From Thermodesulfobacteriota bacterium (GTDB lineage: Bacteria; Desulfobacterota; Desulfobacteria; Desulfobacterales; C00003060), in the NCBI GenBank assembly GCA_034189385.1, contig JAXHVD010000001.1, positions 160,001 to 224,000 of the forward strand: a stretch of DNA of 64,000 bases, given 5' to 3'. A model generated the notes under the pieces. That model made no database searches and was not told the DNA's origin. It worked only from the letters and a program-made list of their open reading frames with translations. A program made the position numbers and the translations under genes. Positions within the stretch are counted from its first letter, which is position 1, and each line of letters opens with the position of its first letter. This document shows positions 41,992-52,363 of the stretch, one piece after another.

Positions 41992-43065
41992 ATGTCTTTG
42001 CCTCAAAAACGAAAACCGACCCGCCAGATATCCATCGGAGGAGTTCAAATAGGCGGTGGCGCCGAGATCACGGTGCAATCCATGACCAATACCTTTACCC
42101 ACGACGTCGCCGCCACTGTGGCGCAGATACATCGTCTAGAGGCCGTGGGTTGTGAGCTGGTGCGGGTGGCCGTACCAGACCAGGCGGCTGTCGAGGCGAT
42201 TGCACCGATTAAAGAGCAGACCTCTATCCCTCTGATTGCAGATATCCATTTTGACTATCGCCTGGCCTTGGCCGCTATCAGGGCTGGCGCAGATGCCTTG
42301 CGGATCAATCCGGGAAATATTGGCGGGGCAAAGAAGGTAAAGGCCGTGGCCGAGCTGGCTGCCGAACGGAGCATCCCCATTCGCGTGGGCGTGAATGCCG
42401 GTTCCCTTGAAAGGGACCTCCTTAAGAAATTCGGGGCTGCAACAGCTGAAGCCATGGTGGAGAGCGCACTGCGGCACATTCAACTCCTCCAATCATTGGA
42501 CTTTCACGACATAAAGCTTTCTATCAAGGCATCTGACGTAGCCCGCACTGTGGAAGCCTATCGACTTCTGTCTTCTGAAACGGATTTTCCCCTTCATGTA
42601 GGTGTTACAGAGGCTGGAAGTCTGGTCACCGGTACCGTGAAGTCAGCCCTTGGCATTGGAATGCTTCTTGCTGAAGGCATCGGAGATACCATTCGCGTTT
42701 CTCTCACCCGAGATCCGGTGGACGAAGTCCGGGTAGGCTTTGAGATCTTAAAGGCCTTAAGGATCCGACAGCGTGGGCCGGAGATTGTGTCCTGTCCAAC
42801 CTGTGGCCGGTGTCAGATCAACCTGGTGGAGGTGGTGGAGCGGGTGGAGTCGGCCATGCTCACCAAGACCACCCCCGTGCGGCTTGCTATCATGGGGTGT
42901 GTAGTGAACGGACCGGGCGAGGCACGAGAGGCAGACATCGGCATCGCAGGAGGGAAGGGACACGGGGTATTGTTCAAAAAGGGAAAAGTAGTGCGCAAAG
43001 TGAAAGAAGAGAGACTGGTTGAAACGCTTTTTGAAGAAGTGGAGGCATACGAAAGAAGGGACTAG
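41992..43065 (+). CDS. ispG: HMBPP synthase
   Basis: VQSMTNT, ADIHF, RINPGN, CPTCGR, GCVVNGPGE. Confidence 0.97.
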   Translation: MSLPQKRKPTRQISIGGVQIGGGAEITVQSMTNTFTHDVAATVAQIHRLEAVGCELVRVAVPDQAAVEAIAPIKEQTSIPLIADIHFDYRLALAAIRAGADALRINPGNIGGAKKVKAVAELAAERSIPIRVGVNAGSLERDLLKKFGAATAEAMVESALRHIQLLQSLDFHDIKLSIKASDVARTVEAYRLLSSETDFPLHVGVTEAGSLVTGTVKSALGIGMLLAEGIGDTIRVSLTRDPVDEVRVGFEILKALRIRQRGPEIVSCPTCGRCQINLVEVVERVESAMLTKTTPVRLAIMGCVVNGPGEAREADIGIAGGKGHGVLFKKGKVVRKVKEERLVETLFEEVEAYERRD

Positions 43066-43066
43066 C

Positions 43067-44584
43067 ATGGCAAAAGGACAGAAGACAGCCATTTCGCCAA
43101 CGCGGCACGAAGACTATCCGGTATGGTATCAACAGGTTATTAAGGAATCGGACATGGCAGAGAACTCGCCTGTCAGGGGATGTATGGTCATCAAACCGTG
43201 GGGCTATGCCCTATGGGAAAACATAAAAGAGATCCTCGATGGCCTGTTCAAGGAAACAGGGGTCAAGAATGCCTATTTCCCCCTCTTCATACCGAAGCGG
43301 TTTCTTGAAAAAGAGGCCGAACATGTGGAAGGCTTTGCCAAGGAGTGTGCGGTGGTTACCCATCACCGTTTGGAAGTTGCCCCAGACGGTGGGCTGATCC
43401 CTGCGGGCCCTATTGAGGAACCTCTGGTTGTGAGACCCACTTCTGAGACGATAATAGGAGAATCCTTTTCCCGGTGGGTCAGCAGCTACCGGGACCTGCC
43501 CCTCCTGGTGAATCAATGGTGCAATGTGGTCAGATGGGAAATGAGGACGCGCATCTTCTTAAGGACCAGTGAGTTTCTGTGGCAAGAAGGGCACACGGCC
43601 CATGTCAGCCCTAAAGAGGCCATGGACCGGACCCTTCAGATGCTGGACATTTACGAAAAGGTCACAAGGGACTACCTTGCCCTGCCCGTTATCAAAGGCG
43701 AAAAAACAGCGTCTGAACGATTTCCTGGGGCGGTGAACAGCTTTACGCTTGAAGCAATGATGCAGGATCGAAAGGCTCTGCAGGCGGGCACTTCCCACTT
43801 TCTTGGACAGAATTTCGCCAAGGCCTCTCAGATCAAGTACCAATCGGCAAAAGAGAAAGAAGAATATGCCTGGACCACTTCCTGGGGTGTTTCCACCCGT
43901 TTGATTGGCGCTATTATCATGACACACAGCGATGACAACGGGCTGGTTCTGCCACCGGCCATCGCGTCCTCGCATGTGGTTATTATGCCCATCGCAAAAA
44001 AGGCAGAGGACAAGGCCTCTGTCATGGACTACACGCATAGATTGGCTCAAGAGCTAAGAGCCATCACCTACCATCACCGAAAGATTATGGTCGAGATCGA
44101 TGAGAGGGAAACCGGGGGCAGGGGATGGGATTGGATCAAGAAAGGGATACCTCTGCGGGTGGAGATAGGTCCCAGAGACATTGCCCAAGATGCTGTTTTT
44201 GTGGGACGAAGGGACAGGGGCCCCAAAGACAAGGAATCGATCGGCCGTCAGGAGTTTGTGGCGACCATTGTGCATGTCTTGGACGACATCCAAAGCCAGC
44301 TTTTTGATCGGGCCATGCGATACCGCGATGAACATACCGTACCGATCAATTCAACAGATGAATTCTATGCCTTTTTTACACCCCAGGATGCCAAAAGGCC
44401 TGAGATCCACGGAGGCTTTGCACGCTCCCATTGGTGCGGAGGCGAAGGGTGTGAGGAAAAGATCAAAGATGACTTGAGCGTGACGATCCGTTGCATTCCC
44501 CTTGAAGGCGAAACCGAAACCGGGACTTGCGTGGTCTGTGGGGGAAAGAGCAGCAAACGCGTGGTTTTTGCTAAGGCGTACTAG
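43067..44584 (+). CDS. proS: Proline--tRNA ligase (eukaryotic/archaeal type)
   Basis: RPTSET, VRWEMRT, QAGTSHFLGQNF, C-terminal FAKAY. Confidence 0.96.
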   Translation: MAKGQKTAISPTRHEDYPVWYQQVIKESDMAENSPVRGCMVIKPWGYALWENIKEILDGLFKETGVKNAYFPLFIPKRFLEKEAEHVEGFAKECAVVTHHRLEVAPDGGLIPAGPIEEPLVVRPTSETIIGESFSRWVSSYRDLPLLVNQWCNVVRWEMRTRIFLRTSEFLWQEGHTAHVSPKEAMDRTLQMLDIYEKVTRDYLALPVIKGEKTASERFPGAVNSFTLEAMMQDRKALQAGTSHFLGQNFAKASQIKYQSAKEKEEYAWTTSWGVSTRLIGAIIMTHSDDNGLVLPPAIASSHVVIMPIAKKAEDKASVMDYTHRLAQELRAITYHHRKIMVEIDERETGGRGWDWIKKGIPLRVEIGPRDIAQDAVFVGRRDRGPKDKESIGRQEFVATIVHVLDDIQSQLFDRAMRYRDEHTVPINSTDEFYAFFTPQDAKRPEIHGGFARSHWCGGEGCEEKIKDDLSVTIRCIPLEGETETGTCVVCGGKSSKRVVFAKAY

Positions 44585-44718
44585 TCCTATTTGCAGGAGC
44601 CCACTTCATATCAATCATGCCTGATTTCGAACTGTTAAGGGAGACATTACCCTTTCCACTGGCAGCTGGCGCAGCCAGTGGATTGCCACCATTTTAATGC
44701 TCAGATGTGCCACTGACT

Positions 44719-46863
44719 ATGATCCGCATCACCGACATCTTAGACGCCATCAGTGCCTATTACCCGGAGGGAGATTTGGATTTGGTAGAACGGGCCTATG
44801 TCTATTCTGCCCGCGTCCATGAAGGTCAGGTGAGACTCTCGGGCGAACCGTATCTTTCCCATCCCTTGGAAGTGGCCGGGCTATTGACAGAGTTAAAGCT
44901 GGACACAGTCAGTGTGGCCGCTGGGCTCCTCCACGATGTATTGGAAGACACCGATGCCACTGCTGAGAGACTGACAGAGATGTTTGGTCCCCGGGTCACC
45001 CATATTGTGGAAGGTGTGACCAAGTTGGGCAGTCTCTCCTTTAGGAGCTCTGAGGCCCGGCAGGCTGAGAGCATACGCAAGATGATTCTGGCCATGGCCG
45101 ATGACATACGGGTCATTTTGATCAAGCTCTGTGACAGACTCCACAACATGCGGACCCTTCGGTTCCAAAAGGAGCATAAGCAGATTAAGATAGCCCAGGA
45201 AACCGTTGACATCTATGTTCCTATTGCAAATCGCTTGGGCATTTACTGGATGAAGAACGAGTTGGAGGACATCTCATTTTTGTACCTTCTTCCTCACGAA
45301 TACCGAGATATTGCAGGCCAAGTGGCCAGAAAGAGCGAAGAACAACAAAAATACATTGAAACCATCAAAGAGATTATCGGAAACAAGATGGCCGAGGCCG
45401 GCATCAACTGTGAAGTGGAGGGGCGCCACAAACATTTCTACGGGATTTACCAGAAGATGGTAGCCCAACAGGTGAGCTTTGAGGATGTGTATGACATCCT
45501 GGGCTTTCGCATCATTCTTGATACGGTCCAGCAATGCTACGAGGCCTTGGGGGTCCTTCATTCTATCTGGAAACCCATTCCAAAGCGTTTCAAGGATCAT
45601 ATAGGCATTCCCAAGCCGAACATGTACCAATCCCTTCACACCACCGTCATAGGGCCGTTTGGCGAGCGGGTGGAGATTCAGATCCGCACCAAAGAGATGG
45701 ACCGGGTGGCGAGAGACGGCATTGCTGCCCACTGGCAATACAAAGAGGGAGAGGCCTTTGACAAGAACGACAGTCAGGTTTTCGCCTGGCTCCGAAAGCT
45801 TGTGGAGGAGCAGAAGCATGTTCAAGACCCGCAAGAGTTCATGGAGACCGTGCGGATCGAGCTGTTCCCCAACGAGGTCTATGTGTTCACCCCTCAGGGC
45901 GACGTGTTGAGCCTGCCCAAAGGGGCCACCCCCGTCGATTTTGCCTATGCCATCCATTCTGAGGTAGGCAATCAGTGTATGGGCGCCAAGGTGGATGGGC
46001 GCATGGTGCCTCTGAAGTACCAACTGAAGACCGGACAGAGGGTGGAGATTTCCACCTCTTCTAAGCACAGACCCAGCAAAGACTGGCTGAGCTTTGTAAA
46101 GACAGCAAAGGCCCGTTCTCGCATACGCCAACACATCAAGGCCGAGGAAAGAAAACAGAGTCTGGAACTTGGCCATGAGATGTGCGAGAAGGCCTTTCGG
46201 AAATACCACTTGAGTTTCAACAAGCAGTTGAAATCAAGTGAGATGGCAAAAGCCATCCAGGACCTTGGCTACAAGACGGCCGATGACCTTATTGCCGGTG
46301 TGGGATATGGCAAAGTCACAGCCCTTCAGGTGGTCAGGTATTTTGTTCCCAAGTCGGAACTGAAGGAGACAAAAGAGAGCATCGTCGGAAAACTGAAGCA
46401 GCGTATCCGGGGCAAGAAGCCTAAGTCAGGTATTCTCGTCAGGGGGGTGGATGACGTACTGATCCGCTATGGCAAGTGTTGCAGCCCTCTGCCCGGCGAC
46501 CCTGTCGTTGGATATATTACCCGGGGGCAGGGCGTCACAGTGCACCGTAAGTCGTGCCCCCATGCCCTCAGTATGGACTCAGACCGTCGGATTGAACTCG
46601 AGTGGGTACCGGAGTCGGATGAAGTCTATCCTGTGACGATCCACGTTCTTTGTCAGGATAAGATGGGACTTCTTGCAAACATCACTGCTGTGTTGAGTGA
46701 GGGGGCGGCAAATATACTCAATGCCACCGTAAAGACCCTTGCAGACGGCCGGGCAGAGTGCTACTTCACCGTTTCTGTATCAGGCGCCGAGCACTTGGAC
46801 AAACTCATGAAATCCGTTCACAAGATTAAGTACGTCATAAAGGTGAGCAGGCTGGCGGCCTAG
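44719..46863 (+). CDS. relA: Bifunctional (p)ppGpp synthetase/hydrolase
   Basis: LLHDVLED HD domain, YQSLHT, EIQIRT, TGS and ACT domains. Confidence 0.96.
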   Translation: MIRITDILDAISAYYPEGDLDLVERAYVYSARVHEGQVRLSGEPYLSHPLEVAGLLTELKLDTVSVAAGLLHDVLEDTDATAERLTEMFGPRVTHIVEGVTKLGSLSFRSSEARQAESIRKMILAMADDIRVILIKLCDRLHNMRTLRFQKEHKQIKIAQETVDIYVPIANRLGIYWMKNELEDISFLYLLPHEYRDIAGQVARKSEEQQKYIETIKEIIGNKMAEAGINCEVEGRHKHFYGIYQKMVAQQVSFEDVYDILGFRIILDTVQQCYEALGVLHSIWKPIPKRFKDHIGIPKPNMYQSLHTTVIGPFGERVEIQIRTKEMDRVARDGIAAHWQYKEGEAFDKNDSQVFAWLRKLVEEQKHVQDPQEFMETVRIELFPNEVYVFTPQGDVLSLPKGATPVDFAYAIHSEVGNQCMGAKVDGRMVPLKYQLKTGQRVEISTSSKHRPSKDWLSFVKTAKARSRIRQHIKAEERKQSLELGHEMCEKAFRKYHLSFNKQLKSSEMAKAIQDLGYKTADDLIAGVGYGKVTALQVVRYFVPKSELKETKESIVGKLKQRIRGKKPKSGILVRGVDDVLIRYGKCCSPLPGDPVVGYITRGQGVTVHRKSCPHALSMDSDRRIELEWVPESDEVYPVTIHVLCQDKMGLLANITAVLSEGAANILNATVKTLADGRAECYFTVSVSGAEHLDKLMKSVHKIKYVIKVSRLAA

Positions 46864-46882
46864 TGTCAATAGACAGGCCGGT

Positions 46883-47074
46883 TCAGGCCGGCTTTACGAC
46901 CAAGCCGGAACGGAGGCACCTTGTACATACCTTGATGCGCTTGACTCGGCCGTTGCTGATGGCGCGAACGCGCTGTAGATTTGGGTAGAAGCGTCGTTTG
47001 GTCAGGTTGTGGGCATGACTGACATGGTGACCGGTCATAGGTTTTTTTCCACATATTTCACAGACTTTCGCCAT
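46883..47074 (-). CDS. rpmB: 50S ribosomal protein L28
   Basis: [27 protein letters not shown]. Confidence 0.96.
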   Translation of the reverse strand: MAKVCEICGKKPMTGHHVSHAHNLTKRRFYPNLQRVRAISNGRVKRIKVCTRCLRSGLVVKPA

Positions 47075-47221
47075 AATATCAAGACCTCCAAAGTTCAAAA
47101 AAGTTGCCCCTATCATGCTAAAACACTTACATCTATCATTTAAATAGCCATTTTGCAAACTTTTTTTACCCATAAGGTGTCACACTGCAACGTGTGTCTC
47201 CCTTTTCACTCTGGCAGCGTT

Positions 47222-47680
47222 TTATGACTTATTACTGTCGGCGCTTATTGCCCGGGCTCTAACCTCCTCAACTTGTATTCCTTCCCGCACAAAGAGGGCC
47301 GCTGCCACACCGATGGGTCGTTTCCGCTCACCTGAACGGCCCCCTAAGCCTCAAGAAGGGCTCTTGTCTTTCAGAAAGCAGATCTCAATCTTATTTTTCT
47401 TGATCATGTCAAGGGCGGCAAAGGCACCGTTGACAAAGGCCGTGGTCACGTCGTCACCGGCAGGGGTGACGACCCTGGCCCGACCCTCTAAGACATCAAA
47501 GCCGTCGCCTCCGTCAAGGTCTGAGCGTGGCCTGGGGGTGGGCAGCCCTCCGAGTTCTTCAGGGCAGAGAGCAAGCACGGCTCCCTCAGAGATCCTCTCT
47601 AGGAGGGCCGGGCTGGGACTGGTCCGGCCATCGTAACGGCAATAGTGGCCCAGAAGGCAGGCACTTGCAGCAATCATCAC
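47222..47680 (-). CDS. DUF523/TudS (2-thiouracil desulfidase-like) protein, probable selenoprotein (UGA at 47351-47353)
   Basis: SACLLG..CRYDG, CPEELGGL.TPR, LKDKSPS-TGA-G; family-like GVAAALF..GI.V continues in frame to TAA at 47222-47224. Confidence 0.82.
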
Positions 47681-47990
47681 AAAAACTCCTCCATGGTTTT
47701 TACAAAGACCGCTAGAGTTATTTCCTGGCCCTTTCAAGGTTCCCTGTGCGGCAAAACAAGGTCGACGCTTTCTTCACTCTTCTCACGGCGGCAGAAGGTG
47801 CAGACAATATAGGGCCGACCAAGAAAAGGCAAGCGTATTTGTCCTCCCTTGCGGGCGGAGGGCGTCACTATTTCCTTGAGAACCATCCAGGGGCCATGTA
47901 GGATGCTTTCCGTCTTTTGAAAGGGCGCTGGATGGCGTCTGCAGGCAGCCAAGAAGAAATTGGCATTTCAGTCAGTTCAGAGGAAAGCCT

Positions 47991-48773
47991 TTGCTTGAGC
48001 ATACCTTTATTCATATTTCGGGCATCGGGCAAAAGACAGAGCAGCGTCTCTGGCAGAGAGAGATCCTCACGTGGGAGGCATTTCTCACCCATGGAGACAA
48101 GGGCCTTTTCTCTCCAGCTCGGCATGCCTACGTGCGACGCAACATAGAAGCCTCCATAGAGAACCGGGATGACATCCGCTTCTTTCAGGACCGTCTGTCT
48201 TCGGCTCACATGTGGCGGGTTTTTGACAGGTTCCGTCATCGGGCCATTTACCTTGACATCGAAACCAGCGGTGGAGGCGGCAACGAGGAAGAGATAACGG
48301 TGATAGGCCTCTATGACGGTTTCTCCGTCCAGACCTTTGTAAATGGCATGAACTTGAAAGACTTTGAACCGGCAGTGGCACGGTACGACCTGGTCATCAC
48401 CTTTAACGGAAGCCAGTTTGATCTTCCTGTTATCAGGCGTCACTTCCCGCACATCGCCCTTCCGCCTGCCCACATTGATCTGCGCTTTTTGTTGAAAAGA
48501 CTGGGTTATGGCGGTGGTCTTAAGGCCATTGAGAAACGTTTTGGCCTGGCCCGTGATGGAGAAATTGATGGTTTGAACGGCTACGACGCAGTCATGCTCT
48601 GGAATGCCTACACATGGGGAGACCAAAGCGCCTTGGACCGCCTGATTCAATATAACACGGCAGACATCGTTCACCTGAAGCCCCTCATGGAAAAGGGGTA
48701 CCAGGAGACCAAGGCACGGTTATTGTTCCCAGGACCATCACCACCGCCGGCCCTTGGGGCCTGTCGGCTTTGA
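47991..48773 (+). CDS. RNase H-like (YprB/RNase_H_2) exonuclease domain protein
   Basis: YLDIETSG, TFNG..FDLP, HIDL, GGLKAIE, YN..D. Confidence 0.88.
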   Translation: MLEHTFIHISGIGQKTEQRLWQREILTWEAFLTHGDKGLFSPARHAYVRRNIEASIENRDDIRFFQDRLSSAHMWRVFDRFRHRAIYLDIETSGGGGNEEEITVIGLYDGFSVQTFVNGMNLKDFEPAVARYDLVITFNGSQFDLPVIRRHFPHIALPPAHIDLRFLLKRLGYGGGLKAIEKRFGLARDGEIDGLNGYDAVMLWNAYTWGDQSALDRLIQYNTADIVHLKPLMEKGYQETKARLLFPGPSPPPALGACRL

Positions 48774-48915
48774 GGGAGGTAGAGGCTGATGGAAAATGCA
48801 CATGTTCAAGTCATCCCTTTCTCTTCAAGCTCAGAAGCTCAGAGGCTAAAGAATCAGGCGTACTGAAGTGTTATTAGAGCAAATAGAAGGAGATCGGCAG
48901 AGACAAGGAGATCTT

Positions 48916-49392
48916 ATGGATGCAGGCGCTCTTAGTGCGTATTTTAAGAAATGCTTTCTGGCCGCAGATGGCCTGTGGTTTATGATGCTGGAAAAGGAGG
49001 ACTCCTTCGACAAGGCCCTTAAGATTGATAGAAAGGTGTGGGAGATCCTTCCCAAGATTCAGGCTAGAAAGATAAAGGAGCTATTTAATCTCAAGGGCGA
49101 ACATCAAGGGGACCTCCTCAAGGCCCTTGAATTCAAGTTGAGGGCCGAGGATTTCTTAAGCGACATCCAGTGCCAAGACGGTCGCATCAAGATTACCATC
49201 AGAAAATGTCCTTGGCTTGCACTGTTAAGAAAATCCCGGAGGGAGCACTTGGCAGAGAAAATCAGTGATGCCATATGCACGATAGAGTACGCGACGTTCG
49301 CCAACGAGTTTGTGAAGGGCTTAGACTTTCAGATCACATCAAGGCGTTGTTCCGGCAATGAGGTCTGTGCCTTCCTCCTTGGGCGGCCCTAA
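48916..49392 (+). CDS. DUF6125-like (V4R-related) protein
   Basis: AADGLWF motif with spaced Cys residues (CPW, IC, C..C). Confidence 0.65.
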   Translation: MDAGALSAYFKKCFLAADGLWFMMLEKEDSFDKALKIDRKVWEILPKIQARKIKELFNLKGEHQGDLLKALEFKLRAEDFLSDIQCQDGRIKITIRKCPWLALLRKSRREHLAEKISDAICTIEYATFANEFVKGLDFQITSRRCSGNEVCAFLLGRP

Positions 49393-49466
49393 CCAGCCAC
49401 ACCCAGCTGGCCCCCTGGTGATGACAACATCTGATTCATGGAAGGCCAGGTTGGCTGAACGCGCCC

Positions 49467-50114
49467 TCAAGCGACCAGAACAGAGGCCAGCCTCTGTACG
49501 CCCACGAATCCGAACCAGAAACCAAAAAGAGTCAAGGTGCAAGCACAGAGGCCTATAACCCCTTTATAGGTCTTGTCCCCAATGAACCATCGCCCCTTTG
49601 AAACAGCAAAAGAGACCGCAAGGTACCACCCAAAATCGGCGGAAATATGCCCGGAGAAAAAGGCAATCACGCCTACCGTCCCGAACTCCATGGCGTAGAT
49701 GATATAACCTAGTCCGATCGTCGCCCACCATATGAACCAGTAAGGGTTTGCAAGGGTCATCAGAATTCCCGATAGAACGGGATGGGTCCCAGAGGAGGCA
49801 TTCGGTTCCAAATTTAGCGTCAGGGACGGAATGGACCGAAACATATTAATAGCCATCCATATTAAGATCAAAGCTCCCAAGAATCCAATCACACCAAAGA
49901 CCAGGTCTTGCCTCAGGTAGGGCCCGAGTCCGAGGAGTAATAGGACAACTAGACACAGCTCAAGTATGCCGTGGCCCAGAATGATCAGCGGACCTGCCCA
50001 AATCCCCCGCTTGGAACTCTCGCTGATGGTGACCGTCAAGACAGGGCCTGGCATAAGGGCGCCTGACAAGGCGAGCACAAAGGAGGTCCCAAAAATACCA
50101 AGAAGAACCATCAT
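49467..50114 (-). CDS. LysE-family translocator
   Basis: SGALMPGP, GHG..E, NPYWFIWW. Confidence 0.92.
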   Translation of the reverse strand: MMVLLGIFGTSFVLALSGALMPGPVLTVTISESSKRGIWAGPLIILGHGILELCLVVLLLLGLGPYLRQDLVFGVIGFLGALILIWMAINMFRSIPSLTLNLEPNASSGTHPVLSGILMTLANPYWFIWWATIGLGYIIYAMEFGTVGVIAFFSGHISADFGWYLAVSFAVSKGRWFIGDKTYKGVIGLCACTLTLFGFWFGFVGVQRLASVLVA

Positions 50115-50379
50115 GAAATCTTTGTATCAGAAAACCTCCTCACCCGAAAGAAGAATAGATTTGGGAGCAACATTTAGACTGATTTTTTAGCTGCCTACCG
50201 GGGGTGTTTGCCTTAACCTTCAAAGGTCACCGATAAATTGCCCTATGGAGGCACAAAACACTTGACTTTTACAACCACGTATTTTAAAAGGCGTAACTTG
50301 CGTCCTTATTGCCTTGTTGATGCGGGGATCTCGTTCTTCTCTTGACTGCTTCGATTCCGAGTCTGGTACGGGATAGGTC

Positions 50380-50685
50380 ATGAACATATTGCGTGTTAAG
50401 TGTGTCAGGTGCGGTAAAGAGTGGCAAAAGGGCTCTAAGGTCTCATGGGGACCAGAGGATATCAGCTCATCCCTTTGCAATGCTTGCTTCAGAGAAGTCA
50501 TCTCACCGATCATTCGCAAGAAACAACTCAGAGAAGGCAATTTCGACTGCTTTGGTAAAGCGGGCGCCTATTGCGATCAACTTGAATGCAAGTATAGGGA
50601 GTGGTGCCTGCGCATGGAAGAGGTGGAGAAGACCCACGACGATCAAGAAAAAGGAAGTCGAGCCAGGGCAGGGGTTAGCCGTTGA
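50380..50685 (+). CDS. Small Cys-rich putative metal-binding protein
   Basis: CVRC, CNAC and EGNFDCFG..CDQ..C....C. Confidence 0.7.
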   Translation: MNILRVKCVRCGKEWQKGSKVSWGPEDISSSLCNACFREVISPIIRKKQLREGNFDCFGKAGAYCDQLECKYREWCLRMEEVEKTHDDQEKGSRARAGVSR

Positions 50686-50833
50686 TACTCTGCCTCTTTG
50701 ATGACTACATCTGCTACCCTAACAACATTCACCGTTTTACTTGCATCGTTTTCTTCTTTTTCCTCATGGCCAAGCCACCTGCAATGATCGACTACCAGTA
50801 AGGTCCACAGTTTTACCCCAACGCTGAAAAAGG

Positions 50834-52120
50834 TTACGAATGGCCCCTTTCATCAAAAACTCGCTTGCTCTTTCTTTCTGTGCGGGGAAGGGTGCCGTGG
50901 TCAACCAATTCCACCCTGCCTCGTACAAGCAGGTGTCGCCTGATGGCGTCTTCCAGTCCAGCTGCGATGGCGTCGTCCTTAGAAGAATCTGTGGCTTCGG
51001 CCCGCTCCACCCGAATCATCATGTGGTCCAGTCCGTCCCTGCGTGTCAGTCTAACCTGGTATTCACTGCCTACCTTGTCTTCCTCAGAAAGGAGATGATC
51101 GATCTGGCCTGGATAGATGTTTACTCCCCGGATGATAAACATGTCGTCTGTGCGGCCCAGTAGAGGGCCGTGCATGGGAAGTACGCTTCCACAAGAGCAT
51201 GGTTCAGGTATCAAATGGGTCAAGTCCCGCGTCCGGTATCGGATAAGGGGTGTTGCCTCCTTGCGTAGCGTGGTGACGACCATCTCACCCGTTTCCCCTG
51301 GCGGCAAAGGCTCCAATGTCTCAGGATCAATGATTTCCAGAATGTAGTAATCCGCCCAGAAATGAATCCCCTCATGCTTTTCGCACTCAAGGCCTGAGCC
51401 CGGTCCGTAAAGTTCTGTCAGCCCTGGAATGTCGAAGCTTCCTTCAACTCCGAAATACTCCTCAATCTTGTGGCGCATGGTAGTGCTGTGGCGCTCGGCG
51501 CCAAATATCACCTTCTTCAGAGCAATTTTATCTGAAAGCCCTCGGCGGTGGATCTCCTCTGCCATCAAAAGACCCATGGATGCGGTGCAGCAGAACACGG
51601 TGCTTTGCAGGTCGACCATGACCTCACAATGCATGTCTCGATTTCCAGGTCCCACTGGTACGGCCATGGCCCCAAATCGTTCGCACCCGAGTTGAAAACC
51701 CACGCCGGCCGTCCAAAGCCCGTAACCCACTGCAATCTGCACCCGGTCTTCCCTGGTCAAGCCTGCCATTTCGTAGCACCTGGCAAACATGTCGGCCCAG
51801 TTGTGGAGATCTTTCTGGGTGTAACAAAGTACCTTCCTTTTTCCCGTGGTGCCGGACGATGAGTGGATGCGCACGACCTTTTCAAGGGGTACGGAAAGAA
51901 GCGGGAAGGGATAGTCGGCCCTGAGATCCTGGGCCGTGGTAAAGGGAAGCCTTTGTAGGTCATCGTAAGTGCTTACGTCATCTGGCTGCACACCCGCCTC
52001 ATCCAACTTGTTCCTGTAAAAAGAAGACCCCCCATAGGCATGGACCACTGTCCATTTGAGCCCTTGTAGCTGATAGGCCTCCAACTCCTTCTTTGAATGA
52101 AAATCCGGCATAAAGGTCAT
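50834..52120 (-). CDS. paaK: Phenylacetate--CoA ligase family
   Basis: HSSSGTTG, GLTELYGPG, IRYRTRD, GRTDDM. Confidence 0.9.
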   Translation of the reverse strand: MTFMPDFHSKKELEAYQLQGLKWTVVHAYGGSSFYRNKLDEAGVQPDDVSTYDDLQRLPFTTAQDLRADYPFPLLSVPLEKVVRIHSSSGTTGKRKVLCYTQKDLHNWADMFARCYEMAGLTREDRVQIAVGYGLWTAGVGFQLGCERFGAMAVPVGPGNRDMHCEVMVDLQSTVFCCTASMGLLMAEEIHRRGLSDKIALKKVIFGAERHSTTMRHKIEEYFGVEGSFDIPGLTELYGPGSGLECEKHEGIHFWADYYILEIIDPETLEPLPPGETGEMVVTTLRKEATPLIRYRTRDLTHLIPEPCSCGSVLPMHGPLLGRTDDMFIIRGVNIYPGQIDHLLSEEDKVGSEYQVRLTRRDGLDHMMIRVERAEATDSSKDDAIAAGLEDAIRRHLLVRGRVELVDHGTLPRTERKSKRVFDERGHS

Positions 52121-52363
52121 ATGTCACCTCTCTCTGGGTCCCGTGATTTCTCGTTTGGCCCTTCCTAACATGAATAAAGGGTTTCCTGTCAAGAAGAAGG
52201 TCTTTTGTGACAAAGGCCATCTCCTTTCTTTGGGGATGGTTGTTTTTTTATTGACCGACCTTTGGTTCCAGAATAAGGTACAAGATGACGATCAATATTC
52301 CGGCAACTAGCTTATTTTAAAGCAAAATAATACTCCACCCAAAGGTTGAAAGGAGACCCAAAA

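Noticed and set aside
47351..47737. DUF523 gene as a truncated pseudogene
   Set aside because: The TGA sits exactly at a conserved Cys, with a SECIS-like hairpin and an intact downstream frame, so Sec read-through is the better explanation.
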